From Oceanispirochaeta sp. (GTDB lineage Bacteria > Spirochaetota > Spirochaetia > DSM-2461), in NCBI GenBank assembly GCA_963663385.2, contig CAXXXD010000003.1, positions 608,001 to 672,000 of the forward strand: a stretch of DNA of 64,000 bases, given 5' to 3'. Position 1 is the first letter of the stretch. Every line of letters begins with the position of its first letter. The position numbers were made by a program, and so were the translations under genes. Below are positions 45,621 to 54,639 of this stretch, in pieces. The notes beneath the pieces are model-generated. The model was not told the origin of the DNA. It saw nothing but the letters and a program-made list of their open reading frames with translations, and did not search any database.

Positions 45621-48600
45621 TCACTCCGCCAGAAAAACGGTCTGCTGCCTATCCACAACAGAATACTCTGTCTCCTGAGCCGCTTCCATGAGGAGTTCCC
45701 TGTCCGACATAAACTCCCGGGGCTGTTTCCGGACCGGCATCATGGCCAGAACCACAGGCAGAACCGCCAGGGTCAGAAAGGTTCCGAAAATCAGTCCCCA
45801 GGCAATGGAGATTCCTACGGGAACCATCATCTGTCCTCCCACGCTCTTTTGGAATATAAGGGGCGCCAGACCGATGGAGGTTGTCAGTGTCGTCATCAGA
45901 ATGGGTCTGAACCTCTGAAGGGCCGCTTCTCTGGCTGCCAGTTTTTTGGGAATCCCAGAACGGATCTTTTTATTGAAACAGTCGATCAGAACCACCGAGT
46001 CATTAACAATGATACCGCCCAGGGCAACGCTTCCCAGAAAGGAGATGAAGGAAATGGGTTTTCCCATAATCATATGGCCGTATACAGCACCCAGAAAGCC
46101 CAGGGGGATCAGGGTTAATACAAGCAGAGCCTGACCCCATGATTTCATCTGAAACAGCAGCAGAGTAAACATGATCAGCAGGGCCAGGGCCATGCTGAAG
46201 ACCATGGACTTAATCATTTTATTGACCCATTCCGCCTGGCCGCCCTGGGAAAGGGTAACCCCTTCAACTCTGGAAAGGATATCGGGCAGGATCCTGTCGT
46301 TCACCTCTTTCATAACAATATTTATCTCTGTTACTCCCGTATCCACTCCTGCCATTACACGCAGGGAACGGTAGCCGTTCTCCCGGCGGATACTCCTCTG
46401 GCTTCTCTGCAGGGAGAAGTCTGCTACCTCCCGGAAAGGAACCAGACTGCCGGCGGGCGTGTGGATCATCATATCTTCCACACGGCTGAGGGAGTCCCTT
46501 TCTTCCTGGGAGAACCGGATTATAACAGGTATGGTATTTCTTCCGTCCTGGATGTTCATAACCTCGCTGCCGTAGAAACCCATACGCACCTGGTTGGCAA
46601 CCGATGCGGTTGTCAGCCCGAGGGCCATCCCTTTTTCGTTAAGCCGGATTATAAACTCTTTCTGTCCCAGAGGCGTATCATCCCGGATATCCTTGACACC
46701 GTTTATCCTGGCCAGCTCTTCCTTAAAGAGGTCGGCCGCTTCCTTCAGCTGTGTTTTATCCTTTCCCAGAAAGCGGATCGAAACAGGATCCCCCCCGAAC
46801 ATGGAATCGTTCCCTATAAACATTGACTCTACTTCAGGGTATTCGGGAACGGCCCTGGCTAACTCGAGGGAAAATTCGTTTACCGTAAAATCCCGAATCT
46901 CGTTATCCTGAAGGATCAGGTAGATATACATCTGGTTGCTGTTTCCCCAGGAGAGGTAGTCCACTATGGCATTATCAAAATCGGGGCTTTTCAGGGCGTA
47001 CTCCCTGCCGAATTCCATAGAGAACCGTTCCAGATCCTCCCGGGTTTCATTTATAACATCCGCGGAAGTTCCGGAAGGGAACTGGACCTGGGCATACACA
47101 TAGGGGGCTTCAATATCCGGGAAAAAGGCGGCTTTTATATGATTTCCCATAGCCGCTCCTGCGGAGATCATGATCGAACAGGCCAGAAGGGTCAGAATCA
47201 CCGCTTTATGATTCAGGGCAAAGTCCAGGAAAGGCTGATAGATTCTGTAGATCAGGAAATCCTGAGACTGCTGAAGCTTCTGTCTGAGGGGACGCGGCCT
47301 CCGTGCTTCGGCTGTAAGGGCTTTAGAGTGAGCCAGATGAACCGGCAGAAGTATCATGGCTTCCACCAGTGAGAAAGCCAGGCTGATTACCACAACCGTA
47401 CCAATCTGCGCGGTATACTTTCCCATATCTCCGTAGATAAAGAAATAGGGAGCAAAGGCAACCATTGTGGTGGCAATGGAGATCAGTACAGGAGACATGA
47501 CTTCCAGAGTTCCGTCTATGGCTGCCTGTTTCCGGGTTTTCCCCAGACGGTGCCACTGATCATAGATACTTTCTCCGATAACGATTCCGTCATCCACCAG
47601 TATACCGATGATCATAATCATTCCGAACAGGGACATCTCATTGATGGTAATTTTCATCATCCATTCCAGAAAAATCAGTCCCATAAAAGAGATGGGGATT
47701 CCCAGTGCTACCCAGAAAGAGATACGTGTATTCAGAAACAGCCCCAGAATCAGTATTACAAGGAGCAGCCCCCCGAGGCCGCTTTTGGTAAGGGTTCCCA
47801 GCCGTTCGTGCAGATCATCCACATCCCGGATATAGGTCTGGAAGGTAAAGGCATCCCCGTATTTTACCCGGTATTCCTCCAGTTTGGCATCCACGATTTT
47901 CGATATGGATATTACATCCTCCGTATTGCTGTACATTATCTGAAGGCCTATAGCTTCCTGGCCGTTTGCCCTGGTGTAGATGGCATTTTCCGCCCGGCCC
48001 ATCCTGATGGTGCTGATGTCCTTAAGGCGGATACTCCGGCCGTTCGGTGTGGTCATAATGACAATCTCTTCCAGTTCGGGGATGGTTGTCTTTTTTTCGT
48101 AGGAGCGTATCTGTATCTGTTCATCAGCGGTAAGAACGGATCCGGCAGACATATTGAGACTGGCAGACCGGATGGCGCCGTCAATATCATCCAGAGTCAG
48201 GCCGTACCGTTCCAGGGTGGAGGGGAGGGGTTCTATTATTATCTGTTCCCCCGGGAAGCCCCAGGTGTTAATCTGGGTTACCTGCCCTGTTCTGGACAGG
48301 TCCTCCCTGAATTCGGTTGCCACATCTTCCAGAAGCCGGAGATTTTCCTGACCGTAGATAAACAGAAGCATAACCCGGTTCCACTCGGTTTCCCTGTATA
48401 TAACGGGTTTATCCGCTTCCGAGGGGTATTCCGGTGTTGTTTCCACAGTGGAACGGACGTTGTCAAGGAGTTTGTCCATGGGATACCAGGGGGATGTTTC
48501 CAAACCGAACCAGGCGCCTCCGTCCCGGGCTGTGGATGTTACCTGGACAATGCCTTCCAACCCGCGCAGTCTTTCTTCAAGGGGAAGGACCAGCCCTTCC

Positions 48601-48782
48601 TCCACTTCAACGGCAGAGGCCCCGGGCCATGAGAGTTCAATGGAGATGTAATCAAATTCGATTTTCGGCCAGATCCGCTTCTGCAGGTTAAGCAGCCCGA
48701 AGGTACCTGCCGCAAAAATCAGAATCATAAGCCAGTTGGTTAAAAGAGAATTATCTACAAAATAGGTTAATAGCTTTTTCAT
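45621..48782 (-). CDS. RND efflux permease (AcrB/AcrD/AcrF family)
   Basis: GILVDDGIVIGE, RFRPILMTTLTT, 1053 aa. Confidence 0.95.
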   Translation of the reverse strand: MKKLLTYFVDNSLLTNWLMILIFAAGTFGLLNLQKRIWPKIEFDYISIELSWPGASAVEVEEGLVLPLEERLRGLEGIVQVTSTARDGGAWFGLETSPWYPMDKLLDNVRSTVETTPEYPSEADKPVIYRETEWNRVMLLFIYGQENLRLLEDVATEFREDLSRTGQVTQINTWGFPGEQIIIEPLPSTLERYGLTLDDIDGAIRSASLNMSAGSVLTADEQIQIRSYEKKTTIPELEEIVIMTTPNGRSIRLKDISTIRMGRAENAIYTRANGQEAIGLQIMYSNTEDVISISKIVDAKLEEYRVKYGDAFTFQTYIRDVDDLHERLGTLTKSGLGGLLLVILILGLFLNTRISFWVALGIPISFMGLIFLEWMMKITINEMSLFGMIMIIGILVDDGIVIGESIYDQWHRLGKTRKQAAIDGTLEVMSPVLISIATTMVAFAPYFFIYGDMGKYTAQIGTVVVISLAFSLVEAMILLPVHLAHSKALTAEARRPRPLRQKLQQSQDFLIYRIYQPFLDFALNHKAVILTLLACSIMISAGAAMGNHIKAAFFPDIEAPYVYAQVQFPSGTSADVINETREDLERFSMEFGREYALKSPDFDNAIVDYLSWGNSNQMYIYLILQDNEIRDFTVNEFSLELARAVPEYPEVESMFIGNDSMFGGDPVSIRFLGKDKTQLKEAADLFKEELARINGVKDIRDDTPLGQKEFIIRLNEKGMALGLTTASVANQVRMGFYGSEVMNIQDGRNTIPVIIRFSQEERDSLSRVEDMMIHTPAGSLVPFREVADFSLQRSQRSIRRENGYRSLRVMAGVDTGVTEINIVMKEVNDRILPDILSRVEGVTLSQGGQAEWVNKMIKSMVFSMALALLIMFTLLLFQMKSWGQALLVLTLIPLGFLGAVYGHMIMGKPISFISFLGSVALGGIIVNDSVVLIDCFNKKIRSGIPKKLAAREAALQRFRPILMTTLTTSIGLAPLIFQKSVGGQMMVPVGISIAWGLIFGTFLTLAVLPVVLAMMPVRKQPREFMSDRELLMEAAQETEYSVVDRQQTVFLAE

Positions 48783-48793
48783 GAGTATTCCTT

Positions 48794-49993
48794 TCAGTCC
48801 TGTTCTTCCGAATCAGTTTCAGGGGTCTCTGCTTCGTCCGTTTCTCCGGGCTTTCTCAATGCCATACCGGCAAAGGTTTTCTGAAGTCTTGTAATAACAA
48901 TCTCTGTTCCTTCGGGCAGTGTGGGAGCCAGGATTACTTTGTCTCCCTGACGGGCCAGGATTGTTACAGGCTGGAATTCCAGCTTTCCTTCCCTGTAGAC
49001 ATTTACGGTCTGATCCGCATTGATCAGAGCCCTGGGAATCGCATAGGCATGGGGCACTGTTTTACCCGATACGGAAATATCTACATAATTACCAGGCATG
49101 AACAGGGCCTGTCTTTCCGGATTGTCAAATCTGATATGAACCATGATTGTCTGTGAGCTTCTGTCCATTACCGCATCCCTTCTGGTAATGCGGCCGGGAA
49201 GGGTATACTCTTTCATACCGGCCGGATAGATGGTAACCGGAGATTCCAGCTCATCCAGAAGAAGCAGTTCCTCCCGGGTCAGGGGAACCGATACTTCCAG
49301 GTGTTCCGTATCGGTCAGAGTCAGCAGGGACTGGCCGGGAGAGACAAAGCTGTACAGTCTGATTCCGTCCCCTTCCAGATGACCGGAAAAGGGCGCTCTT
49401 ATGTGATGGTAGGATAGCAGGTTTTCCAGTTCTCTGACCTGATAGTAGGCCGAGAGCACCCCGTAGGTACTGGTCAGGATTTTCTCCCTTTCCGACTGTA
49501 CGGGAGGCAGGGCGGGGATTTTTTCCGTATCCGTGTTAAGGACTGTCAAATAGGAATTCCACCTCTGATAGATTGTACCCGAACTCTCCGATTTCATGGC
49601 TGACAGAAGGGATGCCGTAGCCTGTATTAGCTGTACCCGTGCGAGGGCCAGGTTGTTTATGGTCAATTCGTCATCCAGCTTAATCAGGAGGTCGCCCTCT
49701 GATACGGCCGTTCCGCTTTTCAGATCCTCATGGCAGTAGACAGCCTGTCCGCCGGTCTGTGCGGACAGAACCAGAGACCGTGAAGACTGAACAAATCCAT
49801 GCCCTTCTATCTGCAGGGGATAAGGGGAGTATTTGAGTATTTCTGTTTCTACAAGACGGGCTTCTTTCTCCTCTTCAGGCTTTTCCACCTCTGCGGAATT
49901 GCCAATAAGGTAGGCTGTTGCCCCTCCGGACAGGAGCAGGATAACACCTATCAGGATCAGGGACTTTTTATTTTTCTTAAAAAACTGTTTCAT
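48794..49993 (-). CDS. RND membrane fusion protein
   Basis: N-terminal TM, lipoyl-like V.EGDLL, IRAPFSG, PGNYV. Confidence 0.9.
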   Translation of the reverse strand: MKQFFKKNKKSLILIGVILLLSGGATAYLIGNSAEVEKPEEEKEARLVETEILKYSPYPLQIEGHGFVQSSRSLVLSAQTGGQAVYCHEDLKSGTAVSEGDLLIKLDDELTINNLALARVQLIQATASLLSAMKSESSGTIYQRWNSYLTVLNTDTEKIPALPPVQSEREKILTSTYGVLSAYYQVRELENLLSYHHIRAPFSGHLEGDGIRLYSFVSPGQSLLTLTDTEHLEVSVPLTREELLLLDELESPVTIYPAGMKEYTLPGRITRRDAVMDRSSQTIMVHIRFDNPERQALFMPGNYVDISVSGKTVPHAYAIPRALINADQTVNVYREGKLEFQPVTILARQGDKVILAPTLPEGTEIVITRLQKTFAGMALRKPGETDEAETPETDSEEQD

Positions 49994-50056
49994 TCATCTC
50001 TCCAGCAGGGCCGGATGGCCCCGGTATATAACTCAGTATTTCTGTATTTATGCAAA

Positions 50057-50072
50057 TGCAAATCCTGTGCCA
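50057..50072 (-). promoter_or_regulatory. sigma54 (-24/-12) promoter of the RND operon
   Basis: TGGCAC-AGGAT-TTGCA on the minus strand, 63 nt upstream of the MFP start. Confidence 0.72.
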
Positions 50073-50259
50073 AAAAAACTAATGCTTTACCATTGACTCC
50101 TGATTGGATATCGGGCGGCAAAATCACCTGTCAATGGTCAGGATCACCGTTTAATCCGGGAATCTATTACTAAAACACACAGAATAGGAAATTCTGTTAC
50201 ATATAAAATATACGATAATACCAAAAAAATACGGGATAAATGAACAATAAATATAAAAT

Positions 50260-50327
50260 CCCTCTCCCTCTGGGAGAGGGGATTAAGGGGAGAGGGTTTA
50301 CCCGACAGGATTCCCTCTGGGAGAGGG
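50260..50327. repeat. REP-like palindromic element (CCCTCTCCC-TCT-GGGAGAGGG...GGGGAGAGGG) plus a partial second copy
   Basis: Perfect 9-bp hairpin at 50260-50280; CCCTCTGGGAGAGGG repeated at 50313-50327. Confidence 0.65.
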
Positions 50328-50332
50328 CAGAT

Positions 50333-50372
50333 AAAAAAAAAGAGGCTGTTTCATCTGCCATGAAACAGCCTC
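50333..50372 (-). terminator. Rho-independent terminator of cstA
   Basis: GAGGCTGTTTCAT-N5-ATGAAACAGCCTC with an A9 tract (U run on the minus strand). Confidence 0.85.
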
Positions 50373-50408
50373 CGGTATTAAAACGGTTTCTATCTTTACT
50401 TCATCAGC

Positions 50409-51836
50409 TTACGCTGCTTCGGGTACAGTGCTGTTATCTTTCTTTGAGAAAACGATAAATGTGGCAAACAGAACGACTGCAACTATGATCCCAACGGGTG
50501 TGGAAACCGCAGCGGGCAGTTTGAATCCTTCAGGTGCCTGCAGTATATATGTGGTAACAACAGCGCTCATAAATGTGGCGGGGACAGAAGCGATCCAGTG
50601 GATCTTCTCTTTCTTGACCAGGTATACCGCCGCGGTCCACAGGACGATGGTGGCCAGTGTCTGGTTGGACCAGGCAAAGTATCTCCAGATAATGGAAAAG
50701 TCAACAAAGTTCAGGGTGAAACCGACCAGGAAGAGGGGAATCGCAACCATCAGACGATTGGTTATTTTGTCCTGTTTCATATTCATAGAGTCTGCAATGG
50801 TCAGACGGGCAGAACGGAAGGCTGTGTCTCCGGAACTGATGGGACAGGCAATAACACCAAGGAGAGCCAGAAGACCACCGACTGTTCCCAGAAGTCCGAC
50901 GGATATTTCTTTAACGACCAGACCGGCTCCTCCCTGACCAACAACACCGGCCAGGCCTTCAACACCGCCGAAGAATGTTACGGAAGCGGCCGCCCAGATA
51001 AGGGCAATTATCCCTTCTGCAATCATGGCACCGTAGAATACAGGGCGGCCCATCCTTTCATCGGGGAGACAGCGTGCCATAATAGGTGACTGTGTTGCGT
51101 GGAATCCGCTGATGGCACCGCAGGCGATTGTGATAAAAAGGAAGGGGAAGAACGAGAGACCCTTGGGATGAAGATTGGCCAGACTGATTTCGGGGATATC
51201 GTAACCGCCGGCAAAGAGCATTACACCAACGCCGACAGCCATAATCAGCAGAACAATACCGAATACGGGATAGAGTTTGGCAATGATCTTATCGATAGGC
51301 AGGATGGTCGCTACAAAGTAGTAAACAAGGATAATGGCAAGCCAGAACCATTTATTGGCAAAAATACCGGTCAGGCCGAGGTTTGCCAGAAGGCCTGCGG
51401 GTCCTGCCATAAATACGGTGCCGACAAGAATCAGGAGAACAACCGAGAAGACGCGCATAACCTGTCTCATCACATTGCCTAGATACATACCGCTGATTTC
51501 GGAGATACTCTTGCCGTCATGACGGATAGACATCATTCCGGAGAAAAAGTCGTGAGTTGCTCCGGCAAAAATACACCCCAGAACAATCCACAGAAAGGAT
51601 GCTGTTCCGAACAGGGCTCCCATTACCGCTCCGTAGATGGGGCCGAGACCGGCAATATTCAAAACCTGGATAAGGAAAATCTTCCAGGGTTTGAGGGGAA
51701 CAAAGTCCACACCGTCCTGCCGGGTAAAAGCAGGTGTTTTACGGGCAGGATCGATTCCGAAAATTTTTTCTACAATTTTACCATAAAAGAAATAACCGGC
51801 TACAAGCATAACCAGACAAATCAGGAAACTGAACAT
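50409..51836 (-). CDS. cstA: Carbon starvation protein A-family transporter (peptide/pyruvate)
   Basis: DGVDFVP, NIAGLGPI, ITIACGAISGFHATQSP, SGDTAFRSAR, WRYFAWSNQ. Confidence 0.93.
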   Translation of the reverse strand: MFSFLICLVMLVAGYFFYGKIVEKIFGIDPARKTPAFTRQDGVDFVPLKPWKIFLIQVLNIAGLGPIYGAVMGALFGTASFLWIVLGCIFAGATHDFFSGMMSIRHDGKSISEISGMYLGNVMRQVMRVFSVVLLILVGTVFMAGPAGLLANLGLTGIFANKWFWLAIILVYYFVATILPIDKIIAKLYPVFGIVLLIMAVGVGVMLFAGGYDIPEISLANLHPKGLSFFPFLFITIACGAISGFHATQSPIMARCLPDERMGRPVFYGAMIAEGIIALIWAAASVTFFGGVEGLAGVVGQGGAGLVVKEISVGLLGTVGGLLALLGVIACPISSGDTAFRSARLTIADSMNMKQDKITNRLMVAIPLFLVGFTLNFVDFSIIWRYFAWSNQTLATIVLWTAAVYLVKKEKIHWIASVPATFMSAVVTTYILQAPEGFKLPAAVSTPVGIIVAVVLFATFIVFSKKDNSTVPEAA

Positions 51837-51904
51837 AATGACTCCTTAATTAAAAGCTGTCGCCATTCTGCATAGGAGAAGTTTGTCTGTGTTGTAAAAA
51901 AGAA

Positions 51905-51934
51905 TGAATGGTAGAATTTCGGGAGTGAATGGTA
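51905..51934 (-). promoter_or_regulatory. LytTR-type direct repeat TACCATTCA-N12-TACCATTCA upstream of cstA
   Basis: TGAATGGTA at 51905-51913 and 51926-51934 (21-bp period). Confidence 0.7.
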
Positions 51935-51979
51935 ATTATAGCCGCTTTCTATTGTTGTCCCTTCCGGAAATCGGTTCAA

Positions 51980-52750
51980 TTAGTCCATATTGAGGTTTTT
52001 TTTCAGCTCTGCCGTGTGGGAACGGCTTACAGGTATACCCTCTTTTACCCCTTTCATTCTGATTTTCAGGGCATTATTGAATCCTGGTTCCACCGACTCA
52101 ATATAATTGAGATTGACAGTATAACTTCTATGACATTTAAAAAGGGCGGGATCCCTGACCAGTTTCTCCAGTTCTCCCAGGCATTTCCGGTAGGAGTAGG
52201 ATTTGTTTTCCGTATAGATACGGGACTGTTTTTCCTCGGCTGCCAGAATTACAATGCTGTCAAAGTCGATGGGGATAAACCGCCCCTCCTTATAGACAGT
52301 AATTTTACGAAAAAGGTTCTGTTTTTTTTCATCCGCTGATTCCAGTACTCTTTGTATGGCCAGTTCAAGATCAGGTGAGTTGTCCTTTTTCATAAGGCGG
52401 TTACGGACCCGGTTCAGGGCCCGGTTTAAACGATCTGTTTCAACAGGTTTCAGCAGGTAGTCCAGGGCGTTCACATCAAAAGCCTCAAGGGCAAACTGAT
52501 CGTAGGCTGTGATAAAAATTATCTGGGGGAACAGGGGAAGACTCATCAATTGCCTTGCTGTTTCAAGACCGGTCAGTCCGGGCATCTGTATATCCAGAAG
52601 AATTAGATCCACCCTTTCATTTTCCAGTATTTCTAGGGCTTTCATACCGTTTTCCGCTTCCAGGATCTCTTCTATATCCCTCTCTTTCGTCAGGAGATAA
52701 TGAAGTTCATCCCTGGCAGGCTTTTCATCATCAACAATCAGAACTCTCAT
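51980..52750 (-). CDS. LytTR-family response regulator (LytT/YehT/YpdB-like)
   Basis: REC domain (LDIQMP, AFDVNALDYLLKP) plus LytTR (FKCHRSYTVNL). Confidence 0.93.
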   Translation of the reverse strand: MRVLIVDDEKPARDELHYLLTKERDIEEILEAENGMKALEILENERVDLILLDIQMPGLTGLETARQLMSLPLFPQIIFITAYDQFALEAFDVNALDYLLKPVETDRLNRALNRVRNRLMKKDNSPDLELAIQRVLESADEKKQNLFRKITVYKEGRFIPIDFDSIVILAAEEKQSRIYTENKSYSYRKCLGELEKLVRDPALFKCHRSYTVNLNYIESVEPGFNNALKIRMKGVKEGIPVSRSHTAELKKNLNMD

Positions 52751-54459
52751 GTCTCCAGATCCCCCGCGGGAATAAAAATCTTGGCCGTGGTTCCTGTTTT
52801 TACGCTGTATTCAAGCTGAAGGTCGGCGGAGGGACCGTAGGTATTGAGCAGGCGCTGCCGTATATTGGTTAACCCTATGGAATCGGTCTGTTCGTCTTCC
52901 GGATCCATACAGCGGTTATTTTCCTTTTCATCGAGACCCTGTCCATTATCATTGACAGAAAGGATTATCCCCTTTTCCAGGGAAGAAGCTTTTATGGTTA
53001 TACATCCTCCTTCCGGCAGGGGCTGAATCCCGTGAATAACAGCATTTTCAACCAGAGGCTGGAGCAGAAGGGGCGGTATGGACAGGTTCAGTCCTTCCTC
53101 GATTTCATAACGTATCTCAAGCCTTTCCCCAAAACGGGCCTGTTCAATTTCCAGATAGGATCTGATGTGATTGATCTCCGTATCCAGGGGGACGGAAATA
53201 GCCCCTGACTGCAGGTTATTCCGATAGAACGTTCCAAGATGAAGGAGCAGGTTTCTTCCCTTTTCCGGTTCGCTGCGAATCAGGGATACTATTGTATTTA
53301 TGGCATTAAAAAGAAAATGGGGATTAATCTGTGCCTGAAGGGCTCGCAGTTCAGCCCGGCGAAGGAGTTCCTTCTGTTCATCCAGTCGGCTGAGCTCCAG
53401 CTGGGAAGAGAAGAGGGTCGCCAGACCTCTGGCCGTTTCAATATCGGCCTGATTGATAACATTCTCCTTTCCCCTGTAGAGTTTCAGGGTTCCGATACAT
53501 TCGGATTCCCGTTTGAGGGGAGCAATTACGGCCGATTTAAGGCAGCATCCGGGATGGCTGCAGCCTATCTCTTCGCTGGTCATGGCAACCTGAAGTTCTC
53601 CTGTTTTCATAACTTCTCTGGTAATCCTTGTGAGCAGATTGACTCCGGCGATATGATGATCACTGGCTTTTCCATAGTGAACCAGGATGGTATCCCTGTT
53701 TGTAATGGCAACCGCTTCCAGAGACATTTCCTTAAATATGATGGCTGCTGTTTTCTCGGCTGTTTCGGCTGTAAGGCCTTTTCTGAGAAGCGGAAGAGTT
53801 TGATCGGCAATTCTCAGAACCTGATGGGATTGCCGGGCGGCCCGTCTTTCCCCTTCGCTGAAAAGGTTTTCAAAGGCCAGGATAATGAGGGAGCATCCTA
53901 TACTGTTGGCAATAACCATAGGAAGAATAATTATACTGACAAGAGAGAGTGCGTCGGCAAAGGGCCGGGCCGTACCCAGGATAATCAGCATCTGCATCAA
54001 CTCGGCAAGTGCGGCTGTCAAAAGGGCGAAGAGGGGTTTCCGGCGGGACATATAGAAGGCTGAGCTTAAAATACCTGCCAGGGCTCCCTCCAGAATGGTT
54101 GACAGCATACAGGATATGGCTGTGAATCCGCCGATGTCGAATGCCCATCTGTGGATTCCCGCAATAACACCGGCCAGTACACCCACAATAGGACCTCCCA
54201 GAAGGCCTCCTACAAATACCGGAACCATCCGGGCGTTGGCCAGGGCCCCCTGAATGGGAACTCCCGTGTAGGTGCCCACAATACCCAGAAGTCCAAGAAC
54301 CATTACCGGGAACAGATAGTCCTTCAGGCGCCGGTTTCCCTTCTGAATGATCCGGGTGAATATTCCCAGCTGGGAGAGGAGAAGGGCAATGATTATGATC
54401 AGTCCGGCCTGCTGTACCAGAGCTATGATTATTTGAATGATTATTCGATCCGTTAACAT
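52747..54459 (-). CDS. LytS/YehU-type sensor kinase (5TM-LYT, GAF)
   Basis: ANARM, HRW, LQAQINPHFLFNAIN, LQPLVENAVIHG. Confidence 0.93.
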   Translation of the reverse strand: MLTDRIIIQIIIALVQQAGLIIIIALLLSQLGIFTRIIQKGNRRLKDYLFPVMVLGLLGIVGTYTGVPIQGALANARMVPVFVGGLLGGPIVGVLAGVIAGIHRWAFDIGGFTAISCMLSTILEGALAGILSSAFYMSRRKPLFALLTAALAELMQMLIILGTARPFADALSLVSIIILPMVIANSIGCSLIILAFENLFSEGERRAARQSHQVLRIADQTLPLLRKGLTAETAEKTAAIIFKEMSLEAVAITNRDTILVHYGKASDHHIAGVNLLTRITREVMKTGELQVAMTSEEIGCSHPGCCLKSAVIAPLKRESECIGTLKLYRGKENVINQADIETARGLATLFSSQLELSRLDEQKELLRRAELRALQAQINPHFLFNAINTIVSLIRSEPEKGRNLLLHLGTFYRNNLQSGAISVPLDTEINHIRSYLEIEQARFGERLEIRYEIEEGLNLSIPPLLLQPLVENAVIHGIQPLPEGGCITIKASSLEKGIILSVNDNGQGLDEKENNRCMDPEDEQTDSIGLTNIRQRLLNTYGPSADLQLEYSVKTGTTAKIFIPAGDLET

Positions 54460-54506
54460 ATAAAGAAGAGTATAGTACCAAGGCTGTAGAAAATGAAAGT
54501 CCCCCT

Positions 54507-54562
54507 CGACTACACTCGGGAGGCAACGACTAGGCTCAGGAGAAAACGACTACGTTCGGGGT
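54507..54562. repeat. Three degenerate 20-bp-period direct repeats (CGACTAnnnTCrGG)
   Basis: CGACTACACTCGGG, CGACTAGGCTCAGG and CGACTACGTTCGGG at 54507, 54527 and 54547. Confidence 0.7.
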
Positions 54563-54639
54563 ACTGCAGCTTCCGTACCCTCTCCGTCTGTACTGATAAA
54601 TATCAAATCGTATATATTAATCGGATAAAGGGTTTGAAA

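Noticed and set aside
47550..48632. 360-aa plus-strand ORF (likewise 53239-54063, 62531-63337 and 5750-6355)
   Set aside because: These are antisense shadows of well-supported genes and carry no recognisable motifs.
50240..50458. 72-aa ORF
   Set aside because: It runs through the REP-like element and terminator and overlaps the end of cstA.
54507..54562. Mini-CRISPR
   Set aside because: The 20-bp period is too short for repeat plus spacer, and there are no cas genes in the window.
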